NCBI GenBank assembly: GCA_036565725.1
Contig: DATCXQ010000925.1
Coordinates: 2,594 to 66,593, forward strand
Length of the DNA: 64,000 bases
Direction of reading: 5' to 3'
Source of the DNA: Blastocatellia bacterium
GTDB taxonomy: Bacteria > Acidobacteriota > Blastocatellia > RBC074
Shown here: positions 9,111 through 17,686 of the stretch, piece after piece
How positions within the stretch are numbered: the stretch's first letter is position 1
How the letters are laid out: each line of letters starts with the position of its first letter
Made by a program: the position numbers and the translations under genes
The notes under the pieces: generated by a model
Databases searched by the model: none
Told to the model about the DNA's origin: nothing
Seen by the model: only the letters and a program-made list of their open reading frames with translations

Positions 9111-9288
9111 GCGGTTTTCAGATCTGCGTACGAGTTAATAGAACACAGGCGCCGCGGATAGAGCGGATTTACGCTGAACTTTGTTGGTTTTATCCGCGCT
9201 GACCCGCGCCCGTCTGCGTCATCAACGTTCCATTGACGGCTTCTTTGTCGCAAACAAATTGCTTACCCGTATACGCAATTGAAAACCG
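9111..9288. repeat. Palindromic intergenic element (family E, copy 1) carrying the shared terminal module
   Basis: It starts 2 nt after the M20 stop and ends 7 nt before the convergent cupin stop. The termini are gcggttttcagatctgcgtacgag (left) and cccgtatacgcaattgaaaaccg (right). The core gatagagcggatttacgc...ggttttatccgcgc...ccgcgcccgtctgcgtc is by eye roughly four-fifths identical to 23720-23785. Confidence 0.8.
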
Positions 9289-9294
9289 ATATAA

Positions 9295-9666
9295 TTATTT
9301 GAGTTCCACGCTGATCACATGCCCTTCAGTTTTGCCTATATTCTCCACATGATGAATAACAGGCTCGCTCCAGCGGACCAGTCCGGCTTTACGGAGGGTG
9401 TCCACAGGCTGACCGCCCTTGTCGGTGACGCGGGTGTTGAAGTCCGACAGATAAACCACCACTCGCCGCCCGTGCTGATGCAAAGGTTCGGTCTTGCCCG
9501 GCGGCACGTGAACCTCCAGCACCCGCACAAACCTGTTCTCGAAAACCAGCTTGTGTGTGTCCGGCGCAACCTTTAGCGGGTCCAGATCTTGCGGAATGGC
9601 TGCGCTCCAACGCCAGCAGACGACCAGGAGCGCGACGATCCCGACCGCGATCAAAATCTTTTTCAT
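9295..9666 (-). CDS. Small secreted or membrane-anchored cupin-like protein
   Basis: Start chosen at MKKILIAVGIVALLVV, preceded on the minus strand by GAGGAGG-n5-ATG. The pattern HVPPGKTEPLHQHGRRVVVYL...HHVENIG looks like a cupin metal-site motif (HxH...H). Confidence 0.65.
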   Translation of the reverse strand: MKKILIAVGIVALLVVCWRWSAAIPQDLDPLKVAPDTHKLVFENRFVRVLEVHVPPGKTEPLHQHGRRVVVYLSDFNTRVTDKGGQPVDTLRKAGLVRWSEPVIHHVENIGKTEGHVISVELK

Positions 9667-9758
9667 ATGAACCTCCTCAACTGATAAAATGCGCAAGGTC
9701 AACAGATAAATTTCGTTGACACAAAATTTCGGACAGGCTCTTTTATAGGGAGAATACG

Positions 9759-10472
9759 ATGGATCAGCCTAAATTCTCAATCGGCCCCTACGAGCTGTTT
9801 TCTTCAATCATTGCAGGCGCCCCATTAATTTTGACCGGAATCCTTATCTATCAGCCCATTTCAGGCGCGCGTGAATTGATACTGAATATCAAGGGCGCCT
9901 CTTCATTGCCCGTCGCGGTCGCGCTGATCCTGAGCGCTTACATACTGGGCGGGCTGAGTTCATTCGTGACGTGGCGTTACTTTCTTCTGTTGTGCCGGAT
10001 TTTCAAGACGGATTACTCCTATTTTGGAACCACGGTCCTTAATAAGATGGCGAAGATAAAACCAGACCTGGATAAAGCGCGCATTGAATCGCTGGACTTT
10101 GAAGATCGCCTTGCCGTTCTATTGTTAAAGAAAGTCGGCCCTATTGCGAAATTGAATCATCTGGACGCGCAGGTGGCGTCTTATCTTCGGATATACGCGC
10201 ATCAAACGACACTGGTCGCAGAGTCATATTCAGCTCAACATATTATGTACAGGGGCTTGTCCTTCGGCTTCCTACTTCTCGCTCTGGCGCTTGTGGGGAA
10301 TGTCTTTCGCACGCCGTCTATCTCATTTGAGCAGATAATGCTGCCCTTCATTTCGTTCGTTCTCTGCCTGGCCGCTTTCAGGAGGGCGGTTTCCTTTCGC
10401 AGATGGCGCTACCGCGAAATTCTTCTCAGTTTTTATCACATGACCATTGGAGAGCAACAAAACCCAAAATAA
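9759..10472 (+). CDS. Hypothetical multi-pass membrane protein (orphan, visibly lower GC)
   Basis: 237-aa ORF with at least four hydrophobic segments. I recognise no family. Codon usage is AT-richer than the neighbouring genes. Confidence 0.5.
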   Translation: MDQPKFSIGPYELFSSIIAGAPLILTGILIYQPISGARELILNIKGASSLPVAVALILSAYILGGLSSFVTWRYFLLLCRIFKTDYSYFGTTVLNKMAKIKPDLDKARIESLDFEDRLAVLLLKKVGPIAKLNHLDAQVASYLRIYAHQTTLVAESYSAQHIMYRGLSFGFLLLALALVGNVFRTPSISFEQIMLPFISFVLCLAAFRRAVSFRRWRYREILLSFYHMTIGEQQNPK

Positions 10473-10617
10473 CGGCGCCGCTTGCTTACGCGCGGCGTTG
10501 CGCCAAATTCTTTGAAACATTACGCGGGTAACTGCGTTTGCCCAGACGGGGCGACCGAAAACATCCGCCCGGCCCTTCCATTCGTTCCCCGTACAGAGAT
10601 TGAAAGGAGATTCTATA

Positions 10618-12024
10618 ATGAAGCATTTACATCGCTTGTTGCGCATGTCGCTAGTTTGCGCTCTCGCGCTTTCAGGCGTAATTGCCCATGCGCAAAGCAA
10701 AGCCAAGCCCTCCGGGGATAAATCCGGAGCGAGCGTTCCCAGAGTCAATTTCAAGGAAGTGAAGCTCAAGAACGGCCTGCGAGTTTTTCTCGTAGAAGAC
10801 CACAGCGCGCCGGTCGTCTCGCTCGCGCTGATTTATGACGTCGGCTCTCGCAACGAGAAGCAGGGACGAACCGGATTCGCGCATCTTTTCGAGCACATGA
10901 TGTTCCAGGGCTCGGAGAACGTCGGGAAGAGTGAGCATTTCATTTTGATCGAGACCAATGGCGGCCAGATGAATGGCACGACCAATGAAGAACGCACACT
11001 CTATTTCGAGACGCTGCCCAAGAATCAGCTCGACCTCATGCTGTATCTCGAAGCCGACCGCATGCGCGGCCTCGACATCTCGAAAGAGAATCTCGACAAC
11101 CAGCGCAACGCGGTTCAGGAGGAGCGCCGTCTCAGGCTGGACAATCAGCCCTACGGTAAAATGTCCGAGAAATTCGGCGAAACGATATACGACAATTTCG
11201 CTTACAAGCATTCGGTCATAGGCTCGATGGAGGACCTGGGCGCCGCGAGCGTCGAGGACGTGCGCGAATTTTTCCGCGTCTATTACGCGCCGAACAACGC
11301 GGTCCTGGCCCTCGTCGGCGACTTCAAGACTGCTCAGGCGCTCGCCAGGGTCAAAACATATTTCGAGTCCATCCCATCGCAACCCGCGCCGCCCCGCGTA
11401 GACGTGGCCGAGCCGGAGCAGACTTCCGAACGCCGATTCACTACTGACGACCAGCTCGCGCGGCTCCCGCTGCTCAACATCGGATACAAAGGCTACGTCG
11501 GCGGCGGAGCCGACGCTTACGCGCTGCAGGTGCTCGGCACAGTCCTCGGCGGTGGCCAAAGTTCGAGGCTCTATCAAAAGCTGGTCAGGGACTCGCAGCT
11601 TGCCCTATCGGCTAACAGCTTTGCCAGCGTGAGGCGCGGACCCGGAGCTTTCCGAATCAGCGCGACCGTCGCGCCAGGCAAGAAATATGAAGATGTCGAA
11701 GCCATCATCTACGACGAGATTGCCCGGCTTCAAAAGGAGCCGATCGCCGATTGGGAGCTGGAAAAAGCGAAACAAGCAGCCAGGCGCGGCGCGGTCGGCT
11801 CCCGCCAAAGCTCGCTCGGTCTGGCCATCAATATTACCGAAGGCATCGTCGCCTGGAATGATCCGAACTACGCGAACACGCGCCTTGAGAAAATCATTGC
11901 CGTCACCAAAGAGGACGTGCAGCGCGTCGCACGAGAATATCTACAGCCCACCAAGCGGACCGTCGGCGTCGCTATTCCGAAAGGGACGTCCATGGCGGCC
12001 CCGCCTCCGGCGGCCAATCAGTAA
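10618..12024 (+). CDS. M16-family (pitrilysin-like) zinc peptidase, catalytic subunit, secreted
   Basis: It has the inverted zinc motif HLFEHMMFQG (HxxEH). The signal peptide is MKHLHRLLRMSLVCALALSGVIAHA. The ATG at 10618 is preceded by AAGGAGA. Confidence 0.9.
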   Translation: MKHLHRLLRMSLVCALALSGVIAHAQSKAKPSGDKSGASVPRVNFKEVKLKNGLRVFLVEDHSAPVVSLALIYDVGSRNEKQGRTGFAHLFEHMMFQGSENVGKSEHFILIETNGGQMNGTTNEERTLYFETLPKNQLDLMLYLEADRMRGLDISKENLDNQRNAVQEERRLRLDNQPYGKMSEKFGETIYDNFAYKHSVIGSMEDLGAASVEDVREFFRVYYAPNNAVLALVGDFKTAQALARVKTYFESIPSQPAPPRVDVAEPEQTSERRFTTDDQLARLPLLNIGYKGYVGGGADAYALQVLGTVLGGGQSSRLYQKLVRDSQLALSANSFASVRRGPGAFRISATVAPGKKYEDVEAIIYDEIARLQKEPIADWELEKAKQAARRGAVGSRQSSLGLAINITEGIVAWNDPNYANTRLEKIIAVTKEDVQRVAREYLQPTKRTVGVAIPKGTSMAAPPPAANQ

Positions 12025-12069
12025 GATATGGGCAAACAGGCGGTTTTCCACTCAACAGGAGAGACGAAG

Positions 12070-13602
12070 ATGAATAATACAAACTCTTTTCTCAAACGTA
12101 TTCTCGCGGCGCTAAGCCTGGCAGCACTGCTGGCCGCGCCCATTCTTGCGCAAACGCCTCCAGGGCAACAACAAGAGCGCCCGTCGTCGAAGGGCGCTGT
12201 CATAAAGGGCAAGGCCCCGGTAAATAAAGACACGCTTAAGGTCAAACTTCCGAAACCTTATGAAACAAAACTCGGCAATGGATTGCAGGTGCTCGTCCTT
12301 GAAGACCACAAGCTGCCCAACTTCAATATGCAGATGATCATTTTGAGTGGCGGCATGGCCGATTCCGATCAAGAGGCGGGAACTGCGCAGTACGTCGCCA
12401 CAATGCTTCGCGAGGGCACAAAGACGCGGTCGAGCAAACAGATCGCCGAGGATACGGATAGTCTCGGGGCGACGCTCTTTGCCAACGCGGGCCTTTCCTC
12501 GACCACCAGCACGGTTTCGGCTTCCGGGCTGACCGACAACTTCGATCAGATTCTCGAGCTTTTCGCCGACGTGATCCTCAATCCGAGCTTCCCCGCGGAC
12601 GAGTTGACAAAGCTCAAAACGCGCGCGCTGGGGCAAATTCGCTTGCAGCGTTCTCAGCCTGGCTTTCTCGCTCAAGAGAAGTTCTCGAAGGTCATGTATG
12701 GCTCACACCCGGCCGGGCGCTTCGCGCTGACGGCGGAGCAGATCCAGCGCTTCACGCCGGAAATGCTCCAGAAATTCCATCAGGCGCATTACAAGCCGAA
12801 CAACGCGATCTTCGCCATCGTCGGCGACGTCAAACCTGCGGAGGTCGTCGCCAAACTTGAAAAAACCTTCGCCTCCTGGAAGCCGGGCGACGCGCCAAAG
12901 ACCGAGATTCCTAAAGTCGCCGACACGGGCCCGGGCAAGATATACCTGATCGATCGCCCCAATTCGGCGCAGGCTAATCTGGTGCTCGGAACATTATCAA
13001 TCGAGCGGACAGACCCCGATTATTTCGCGCTCGAGGCGATGAATCAGGTTCTAGGCGGCGGCGGAGCCGCTCGGCTTTTTCTCAATTTACGCGAGGACAA
13101 AGGCTATACTTACGGCGCTGGCAGCGGCGTCTCCTCCGCTAAATATCGCGGCACGTTTCGGGCCAACACCGAGGTCAGACAAGATGTGACCAAAGGCGCG
13201 ATGGACGAGTTAATGAAAGAGCTGAAGCGCATCCGCGACGAGAAAATCCCTGTAGATGAATTCGAGCTATCTAAACGCACCATCATCGGCGGATGGGCAT
13301 TGCAGCTTGAATTTCCGCAGGCGGCGCTACAAAACGCCATAACTCAGAAACTCTACGGCCTGCCCGCCGACTACTGGGACACTTATCCCCAGAAGATCGC
13401 GGCGGTAACCCCGGACGAGGCGCAGCGAGTCGCGCGTAAGTATATAGACCTGGACAAACTGCAAATAATCGTCGTCGGCGACGCGAAGAAACTCGCCGAT
13501 ACTCTCAAGCAGTTCGGTAAAGTCGAGATTTACAACTCCGAAGGCAAGCTGATCACACCGGCGGAAACTGCGACGGGCGATGGCAGCCGCAGCGGCAACT
13601 GA
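12070..13602 (+). CDS. M16-family peptidase-like protein, non-catalytic partner (no HxxEH)
   Basis: The fold pattern is homologous to the upstream gene, but the zinc motif position reads AQYVATMLREG. The signal peptide is MNNTNSFLKRILAALSLAALLAAPILAQ. The ATG at 12070 follows AGGAGA. This is the usual tandem M16 pair arrangement. Confidence 0.85.
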   Translation: MNNTNSFLKRILAALSLAALLAAPILAQTPPGQQQERPSSKGAVIKGKAPVNKDTLKVKLPKPYETKLGNGLQVLVLEDHKLPNFNMQMIILSGGMADSDQEAGTAQYVATMLREGTKTRSSKQIAEDTDSLGATLFANAGLSSTTSTVSASGLTDNFDQILELFADVILNPSFPADELTKLKTRALGQIRLQRSQPGFLAQEKFSKVMYGSHPAGRFALTAEQIQRFTPEMLQKFHQAHYKPNNAIFAIVGDVKPAEVVAKLEKTFASWKPGDAPKTEIPKVADTGPGKIYLIDRPNSAQANLVLGTLSIERTDPDYFALEAMNQVLGGGGAARLFLNLREDKGYTYGAGSGVSSAKYRGTFRANTEVRQDVTKGAMDELMKELKRIRDEKIPVDEFELSKRTIIGGWALQLEFPQAALQNAITQKLYGLPADYWDTYPQKIAAVTPDEAQRVARKYIDLDKLQIIVVGDAKKLADTLKQFGKVEIYNSEGKLITPAETATGDGSRSGN

Positions 13603-13660
13603 TGCGGCATGGCGTTGAGTTCGAAGTATGGCTAAATCAGAATAACCAACGTTGGGACAT

Positions 13661-13742
13661 CAAACCGTGGAGGACGCAGAGGTACGCAGGGAAAGACCAG
13701 TCTTGATCGTTCTCTACGCGCCTTTGCGTCCTCCGCGGTTTG
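13661..13742. repeat. Imperfect hairpin repeat (GGAGGACGCA type) downstream of the M16 pair
   Basis: caaaccgtggaggacgcagaggtacgc (13661-13687) pairs imperfectly with gcgcctttgcgtcctccgcggtttg (13718-13742). Confidence 0.7.
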
Positions 13743-13930
13743 ACTATCTGTACTAATGGAATTCTCCCAGGAGATGGGAAAATAAAGGCAGGATCAAATA
13801 AGTCGCGTGACGGTCTTGATCACTTCTCCGAGGCGGCAAGCGCCTGCCAGGTTTCTCGTCTCACATGGCCTGCGGCGGATATAACATCAACAAGTAGTGA
13901 GTTGGCGCCGCCTATCACAGGAGTTGACTT

Positions 13931-15754
13931 ATGAAACGATGCGTCCGCCGCGTCTGTTTGTTTCTCATCCTCTTTGGTTGCGCCCTTCCGTCTACGCTGC
14001 TGCTCGCCGCTCCCAGGATAAACGTCAATACTCCCATGTCTCCGCCGGTTTGGGCGCTGCTGGAGCGCGAACTGATCCGCGCAAACACGGCGGCATGTGA
14101 GGAATTCTTCGCCCGTTACTTCGACGAGCGCGGTTATTTATTGTGCGTCACACGGTGGGGCGGCGATGACGGGCCGGACGACGCGATCGAGAACTGCGCG
14201 CTGTGGCCGGAGCTGCACGCGCTCGGCGCGCCCGACGTCGTGCGCCGGATGTATGTGAAGGCGCTGGAAGGGCATATACGACAATACACCGAAGCCAGGA
14301 CCGTCCAGGTCCCGATGGCAAGGGACGGGATGTATTACAAAGAGTTTCCCGTGATGTTCGACTGGCAACACAACGCCGAAGGACTGCGCGTCTTCAACGC
14401 CATGGGGCTCTCAGACCCATATGACTCGAATTACAGGCTGCGGGCGCGGCGTTACGCTGGCTTCTACATGAATGAAGACCCGGGGGCTCCCAACTACGAT
14501 CCGAACCTCAAGCTTATTCGCAGCATGATCAACGGGAGCCGTGGGCCGTTGTTGCGTAAGGCGACCGCGCTGGACTGGGCCGGCGACCCGATCGAAGTGA
14601 AAAACCGCTTCACGCGCCTGGCGCATGGTGAACAAAGCTACGAGCAAATGCTGGCTCACTTCAAAGATTACACCGACGTCGCCGGTGATCATCCGCTCAA
14701 TCTGCTCAGCACGACCCTGGCTTTGAACGCCTACATGGTCACGGGAGAGAAGAAGTATCGGGATTGGTTGCTGGAATACGCGGACGCATGGCTCGGGCGA
14801 ATGACGGCGAACGGAAACATCATTCCGTCGAACGTCGGGCTTGATGGGAAGATAGGCGGGGAGTGCGAGGGGAAGTGGTACGGCGGTACTTATGGATGGG
14901 GCTTCACTGTGCAAGTTCCGCAGACCGGCGAGTTCGCGAACCGCAACCGCGTACCGTGGAGTTTCATCGGATTTATGAACGCGTACCTGCTTACCGGGGA
15001 TGACAAATACGTCGAGGCGTGGCGCAAACAGGCCGACGCCATCAATGCGAATGTGAAGGTGGAGAACGGCCGGAACCTCTACCCGCACATGCGCGGCGAT
15101 CGAGGCTGGTACGCCTACACGCCGGAGAAATTCGACGCCTACGCGCTCGAAGCGTATTTCCTCACAATGAAAAAGGAGGACCGCGAGCGGGCGCCGCAGG
15201 ACGGCTGGCTGGAGTTCCTGGAAGGGCGCAACTCCAGGTTCCCGGAAGAAGCGCTGCGCCGCGATTTGGAGCGGGTGCGCGGCCGGGCGCAAGCCATGCG
15301 CAATGATGACACCACGCTCGACACGCGCCTGGCGGACGACCCGATGAGTTTCAATCCCGCCACCGTGGGCGCGCTCATGCAACTGATGTGGGGCGGGTTG
15401 CCGCCTGATCTACGGGCCAGGGCGCTGTTCAGCAACTTGCGGTATTTTGATCCGGTCAAACGCCGCCCCGGCGTTCCCGAAGACGTCGCGGCGTTGGTCG
15501 AGAGGATGACCGCCGATTCTGTGACTGTCACGCTGGTCAACGTCAATCAGATAGAGGGTCGGGAACTCGTTGTCCAGGCCGGTGGTTATGCCGAGCACCA
15601 GTTTGATGCGGTTGAATGGAACAGTCAGACTGTCCCGCTGAACGCGAGGGAGTTTACAGTCCGATTGGGTCCTGGCGCCGGAGGGAAGCTCACCCTCAAA
15701 ATGCGGCGGTTTGTGAATCAGCCGATGGCGCCGTTTCCCTGGGACCGCAATTGA
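13931..15754 (+). CDS. Secreted hypothetical protein, 607 aa, family not recognised
   Basis: Signal peptide is MKRCVRRVCLFLILFGCALPSTLLLAAP. The ORF is long and uninterrupted with GC-rich third positions. The W/Y/G-rich blocks (KWYGGTYGWGF, DWLLEYADAWLGR) are reminiscent of alpha/alpha-barrel glycan-active enzymes. That similarity is only an impression. Confidence 0.6.
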   Translation: MKRCVRRVCLFLILFGCALPSTLLLAAPRINVNTPMSPPVWALLERELIRANTAACEEFFARYFDERGYLLCVTRWGGDDGPDDAIENCALWPELHALGAPDVVRRMYVKALEGHIRQYTEARTVQVPMARDGMYYKEFPVMFDWQHNAEGLRVFNAMGLSDPYDSNYRLRARRYAGFYMNEDPGAPNYDPNLKLIRSMINGSRGPLLRKATALDWAGDPIEVKNRFTRLAHGEQSYEQMLAHFKDYTDVAGDHPLNLLSTTLALNAYMVTGEKKYRDWLLEYADAWLGRMTANGNIIPSNVGLDGKIGGECEGKWYGGTYGWGFTVQVPQTGEFANRNRVPWSFIGFMNAYLLTGDDKYVEAWRKQADAINANVKVENGRNLYPHMRGDRGWYAYTPEKFDAYALEAYFLTMKKEDRERAPQDGWLEFLEGRNSRFPEEALRRDLERVRGRAQAMRNDDTTLDTRLADDPMSFNPATVGALMQLMWGGLPPDLRARALFSNLRYFDPVKRRPGVPEDVAALVERMTADSVTVTLVNVNQIEGRELVVQAGGYAEHQFDAVEWNSQTVPLNAREFTVRLGPGAGGKLTLKMRRFVNQPMAPFPWDRN

Positions 15755-15810
15755 ATCAGGCAGGCTTGAGCCGCTTCATTTGGGCTCCAATCTGATCAGG
15801 TGTGCGCATC

Positions 15811-15925
15811 CGGTTTGCAAATCAGTGTAGGGGCAGACCTACGTGTCTGCCCCGGTGGTTGCCTGTGCACTCAATCCGGGGCGGATACGCAGGTCCGCCC
15901 CTACCGTACACGCAATTGCAAACCG
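15811..15925. repeat. Palindromic element (family D, copy 1) built from GGGGCAGAC...GTCTGCCCC hairpins with the shared terminal module
   Basis: The sequence runs cggtttgcaaatcagtgtaggggcagacctacgtgtctgcccc ... ggggcggatacgcaggtccgcccctaccgtacacgcaattgcaaaccg. The ends are inverted copies of each other (cggtttgcaa / ttgcaaaccg). A second copy lies at 50569-50688. Confidence 0.85.
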
Positions 15926-16034
15926 CTCTAGGAATTTGGACATAATTTCCCGACGCTCCACCAGCGAAAGCGCACGAATCTACCCTGATGTGTAAGACAC
16001 TAGTCAGGCTTCAAAGATAAGGCGGACCCGAATA

Positions 16035-16514
16035 TCAGTGTCGTGGCCCATGCGCCTGCGCGGCCGCCGGTTGGTACGATCCGGGAACCGTGCGGAAAGC
16101 GATGTTGAGACGATTCCAGCCGTTGATGGCCACGACGGCCAGTGTGAGATTCGCCAACTCGGCCTCGCTGAACTGCTTGCGCGCATCCTCGAAGACTTCG
16201 TCGGGGACATGCCCCTCGGTGACCAGCGTCACCGCTTCGGCCCAGGCCAGAGCCGCTCGCTCGCGATCGGAATAGAACGGCGACTCGCGCCACGCGTCGA
16301 GCATGTAAAGCCGTTGCTCGGTCTCGCCACCCGCCATCAAGTCTTTCCAGTGCATGTCAATGCAATAAGCGCAGCCGTTGATCTGCGACACCCGTAGCTT
16401 CAGGAGGTGAAGCAATGGCGCCTCCAGGCCGCATTTTGCCAGGTACGCCTCCAAACCAAGCATCGCTTTAATCGGCCCTTGAGCGACTTCAAAAGCATTC
16501 AATCGTTGTGTCAT
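16035..16514 (-). CDS. Carboxymuconolactone decarboxylase-family (AhpD-like) protein
   Basis: 159 aa with the AhpD-core CxxC motif in VSQINGCAYCIDMHWKD. The size is typical of the CMD family. Confidence 0.85.
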   Translation of the reverse strand: MTQRLNAFEVAQGPIKAMLGLEAYLAKCGLEAPLLHLLKLRVSQINGCAYCIDMHWKDLMAGGETEQRLYMLDAWRESPFYSDRERAALAWAEAVTLVTEGHVPDEVFEDARKQFSEAELANLTLAVVAINGWNRLNIAFRTVPGSYQPAAAQAHGPRH

Positions 16515-16622
16515 TTCCTTCTCCTTTAAGAATTAAAGACTAAACCGAGATCGCATCCGTCATTGGTTCGACCCTGCGTATGAGACGCTCAACTCGGACG
16601 CGATAACCGGTCTCAATACGAA

Positions 16623-16648
16623 GACGGCGGAGATCGCTTTTTGTGACA
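16623..16648 (-). promoter_or_regulatory. Candidate ECF41-dependent promoter upstream of the CMD gene
   Basis: The minus strand reads GGTGTCACAAAAAGCGATCTCCGCCGTCTT, that is TGTCACA-N15-CGTC. It sits 19 nt after the sigma-gene stop and about 100 nt upstream of the CMD start. A near-identical architecture is found at 17574-17599. Confidence 0.65.
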
Positions 16649-16666
16649 CCAGCCCCTTCAATGAGC

Positions 16667-17548
16667 CTATTTTTCAGACCGGTTAATATCTTTAAGTTTG
16701 TCGGGATTCAGTACGTTATATAGGGCGTGGATGCGGACGCCGTCTGTGACGAACGAGAGCGCCGAGACCGGACGCCCGTCAACGAATGTCACGAGGCCCG
16801 GTTCGCCGTTGATCGTCAGGAATGTCCTTGTAACTCTTCCTTTAAGCTTGCGCTCCACGCCCAGAAACAAGCGGGTGATGCGTTCGGCGCCGCGAACGAC
16901 GTTGCGCGCCGCGGGGGTCTTGCCACCTCCGTCCGATGTGAGAGTCACATCTTCCGCAAAAAGCGCCAGGAGTGTTTGCTCATCATTCGCGTCTATCGCC
17001 GTAGCGAACTTCTCCATGAGCCTGAGGCGATCTTCCTCACTTGCTTCAAACCGCGGCTGGTCGCGCCGGACGCGCTCCCTCGCCCGGCTCACTATTTGAC
17101 GGCAAGCGGCCTCGTTCTTGCCAATGATCCGGGCGATCTCGGAGTAAGGGCAATCGAACACGTCGCGCAGTAAAAACGCCGCGCGCTCCGCCGGGGCGAG
17201 TCGTTCGAGCAGAATCATAAAGGCCATCGAGAGATTGGAGGCGAGTTCAACCTGCTCATCCGGCGACTCGCCAAATAGCGGCTCTGGCAGCCACATCCCC
17301 GGATATGTTTCGCGCTCGGCGGCGGCCGAACGCAGGCGGTCTATGCAGAGCCTGGTCACGACCGTGACAAGCCAGGCTTCAGGGGAACGGATCTCATCCG
17401 CAGGCGCCTGATGCCAGCGAAGATAAGCCTCCTGAACCATGTCCTCGGCGTCGGCTTTTGAACCGAGCATGCGATAGGCGAGGCCGAAGAGACGGCGCCG
17501 AGACTGTTCGAAAATGACGCTGCGATGGTTCACATCCTGCATGATCAT
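16667..17548 (-). CDS. ECF sigma factor, group ECF41 (SigJ-like) with a fused SnoaL-like C-terminal regulatory domain
   Basis: 293 aa with sigma-70 regions 2 and 4. All three signature motifs described for ECF41 are present: WLPEP (PGMWLPEPLF), DGGGK (LTSDGGGKTP) and NPDKL (YNVLNPDKLKD). There is no adjacent anti-sigma gene. Confidence 0.9.
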   Translation of the reverse strand: MIMQDVNHRSVIFEQSRRRLFGLAYRMLGSKADAEDMVQEAYLRWHQAPADEIRSPEAWLVTVVTRLCIDRLRSAAAERETYPGMWLPEPLFGESPDEQVELASNLSMAFMILLERLAPAERAAFLLRDVFDCPYSEIARIIGKNEAACRQIVSRARERVRRDQPRFEASEEDRLRLMEKFATAIDANDEQTLLALFAEDVTLTSDGGGKTPAARNVVRGAERITRLFLGVERKLKGRVTRTFLTINGEPGLVTFVDGRPVSALSFVTDGVRIHALYNVLNPDKLKDINRSEK

Positions 17549-17573
17549 TTGGAATTATCTTCCCACAAGAGAA

Positions 17574-17599
17574 GACGAACAAGTTCAGGATTTGTGACA
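17574..17599 (-). promoter_or_regulatory. Candidate autoregulatory ECF41 promoter upstream of the sigma gene
   Basis: The minus strand reads GTGTCACAAATCCTGAACTTGTTCGTCTTC, that is TGTCACA-N15-CGTC. The CGTC lies about 26 nt upstream of the ATG at 17548. The extended matches GTGTCACAAA and CGTCTT are shared with the 16623-16648 site. Confidence 0.65.
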
Positions 17600-17686
17600 C
17601 ATTATTCACTTATAGGCGCATTAATGGAGTGATCGCCCCGGATCGCGCGCTGCGAAATCATCATCCCCGACTAACCGGACGCAGGT

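Noticed and set aside
10672-11577. 301-aa minus-strand ORF inside the M16 peptidase gene
   Set aside because: It is antisense to a gene with clear family motifs (HxxEH). It has Arg/Ala/Gly-rich, low-complexity composition typical of spurious antisense ORFs in GC-rich DNA.
14411-15382. 323-aa minus-strand ORF
   Set aside because: It lies entirely antisense to the 607-aa secreted-protein ORF. It has an Arg/Pro/Val-rich composition, no SD and no recognisable motifs.
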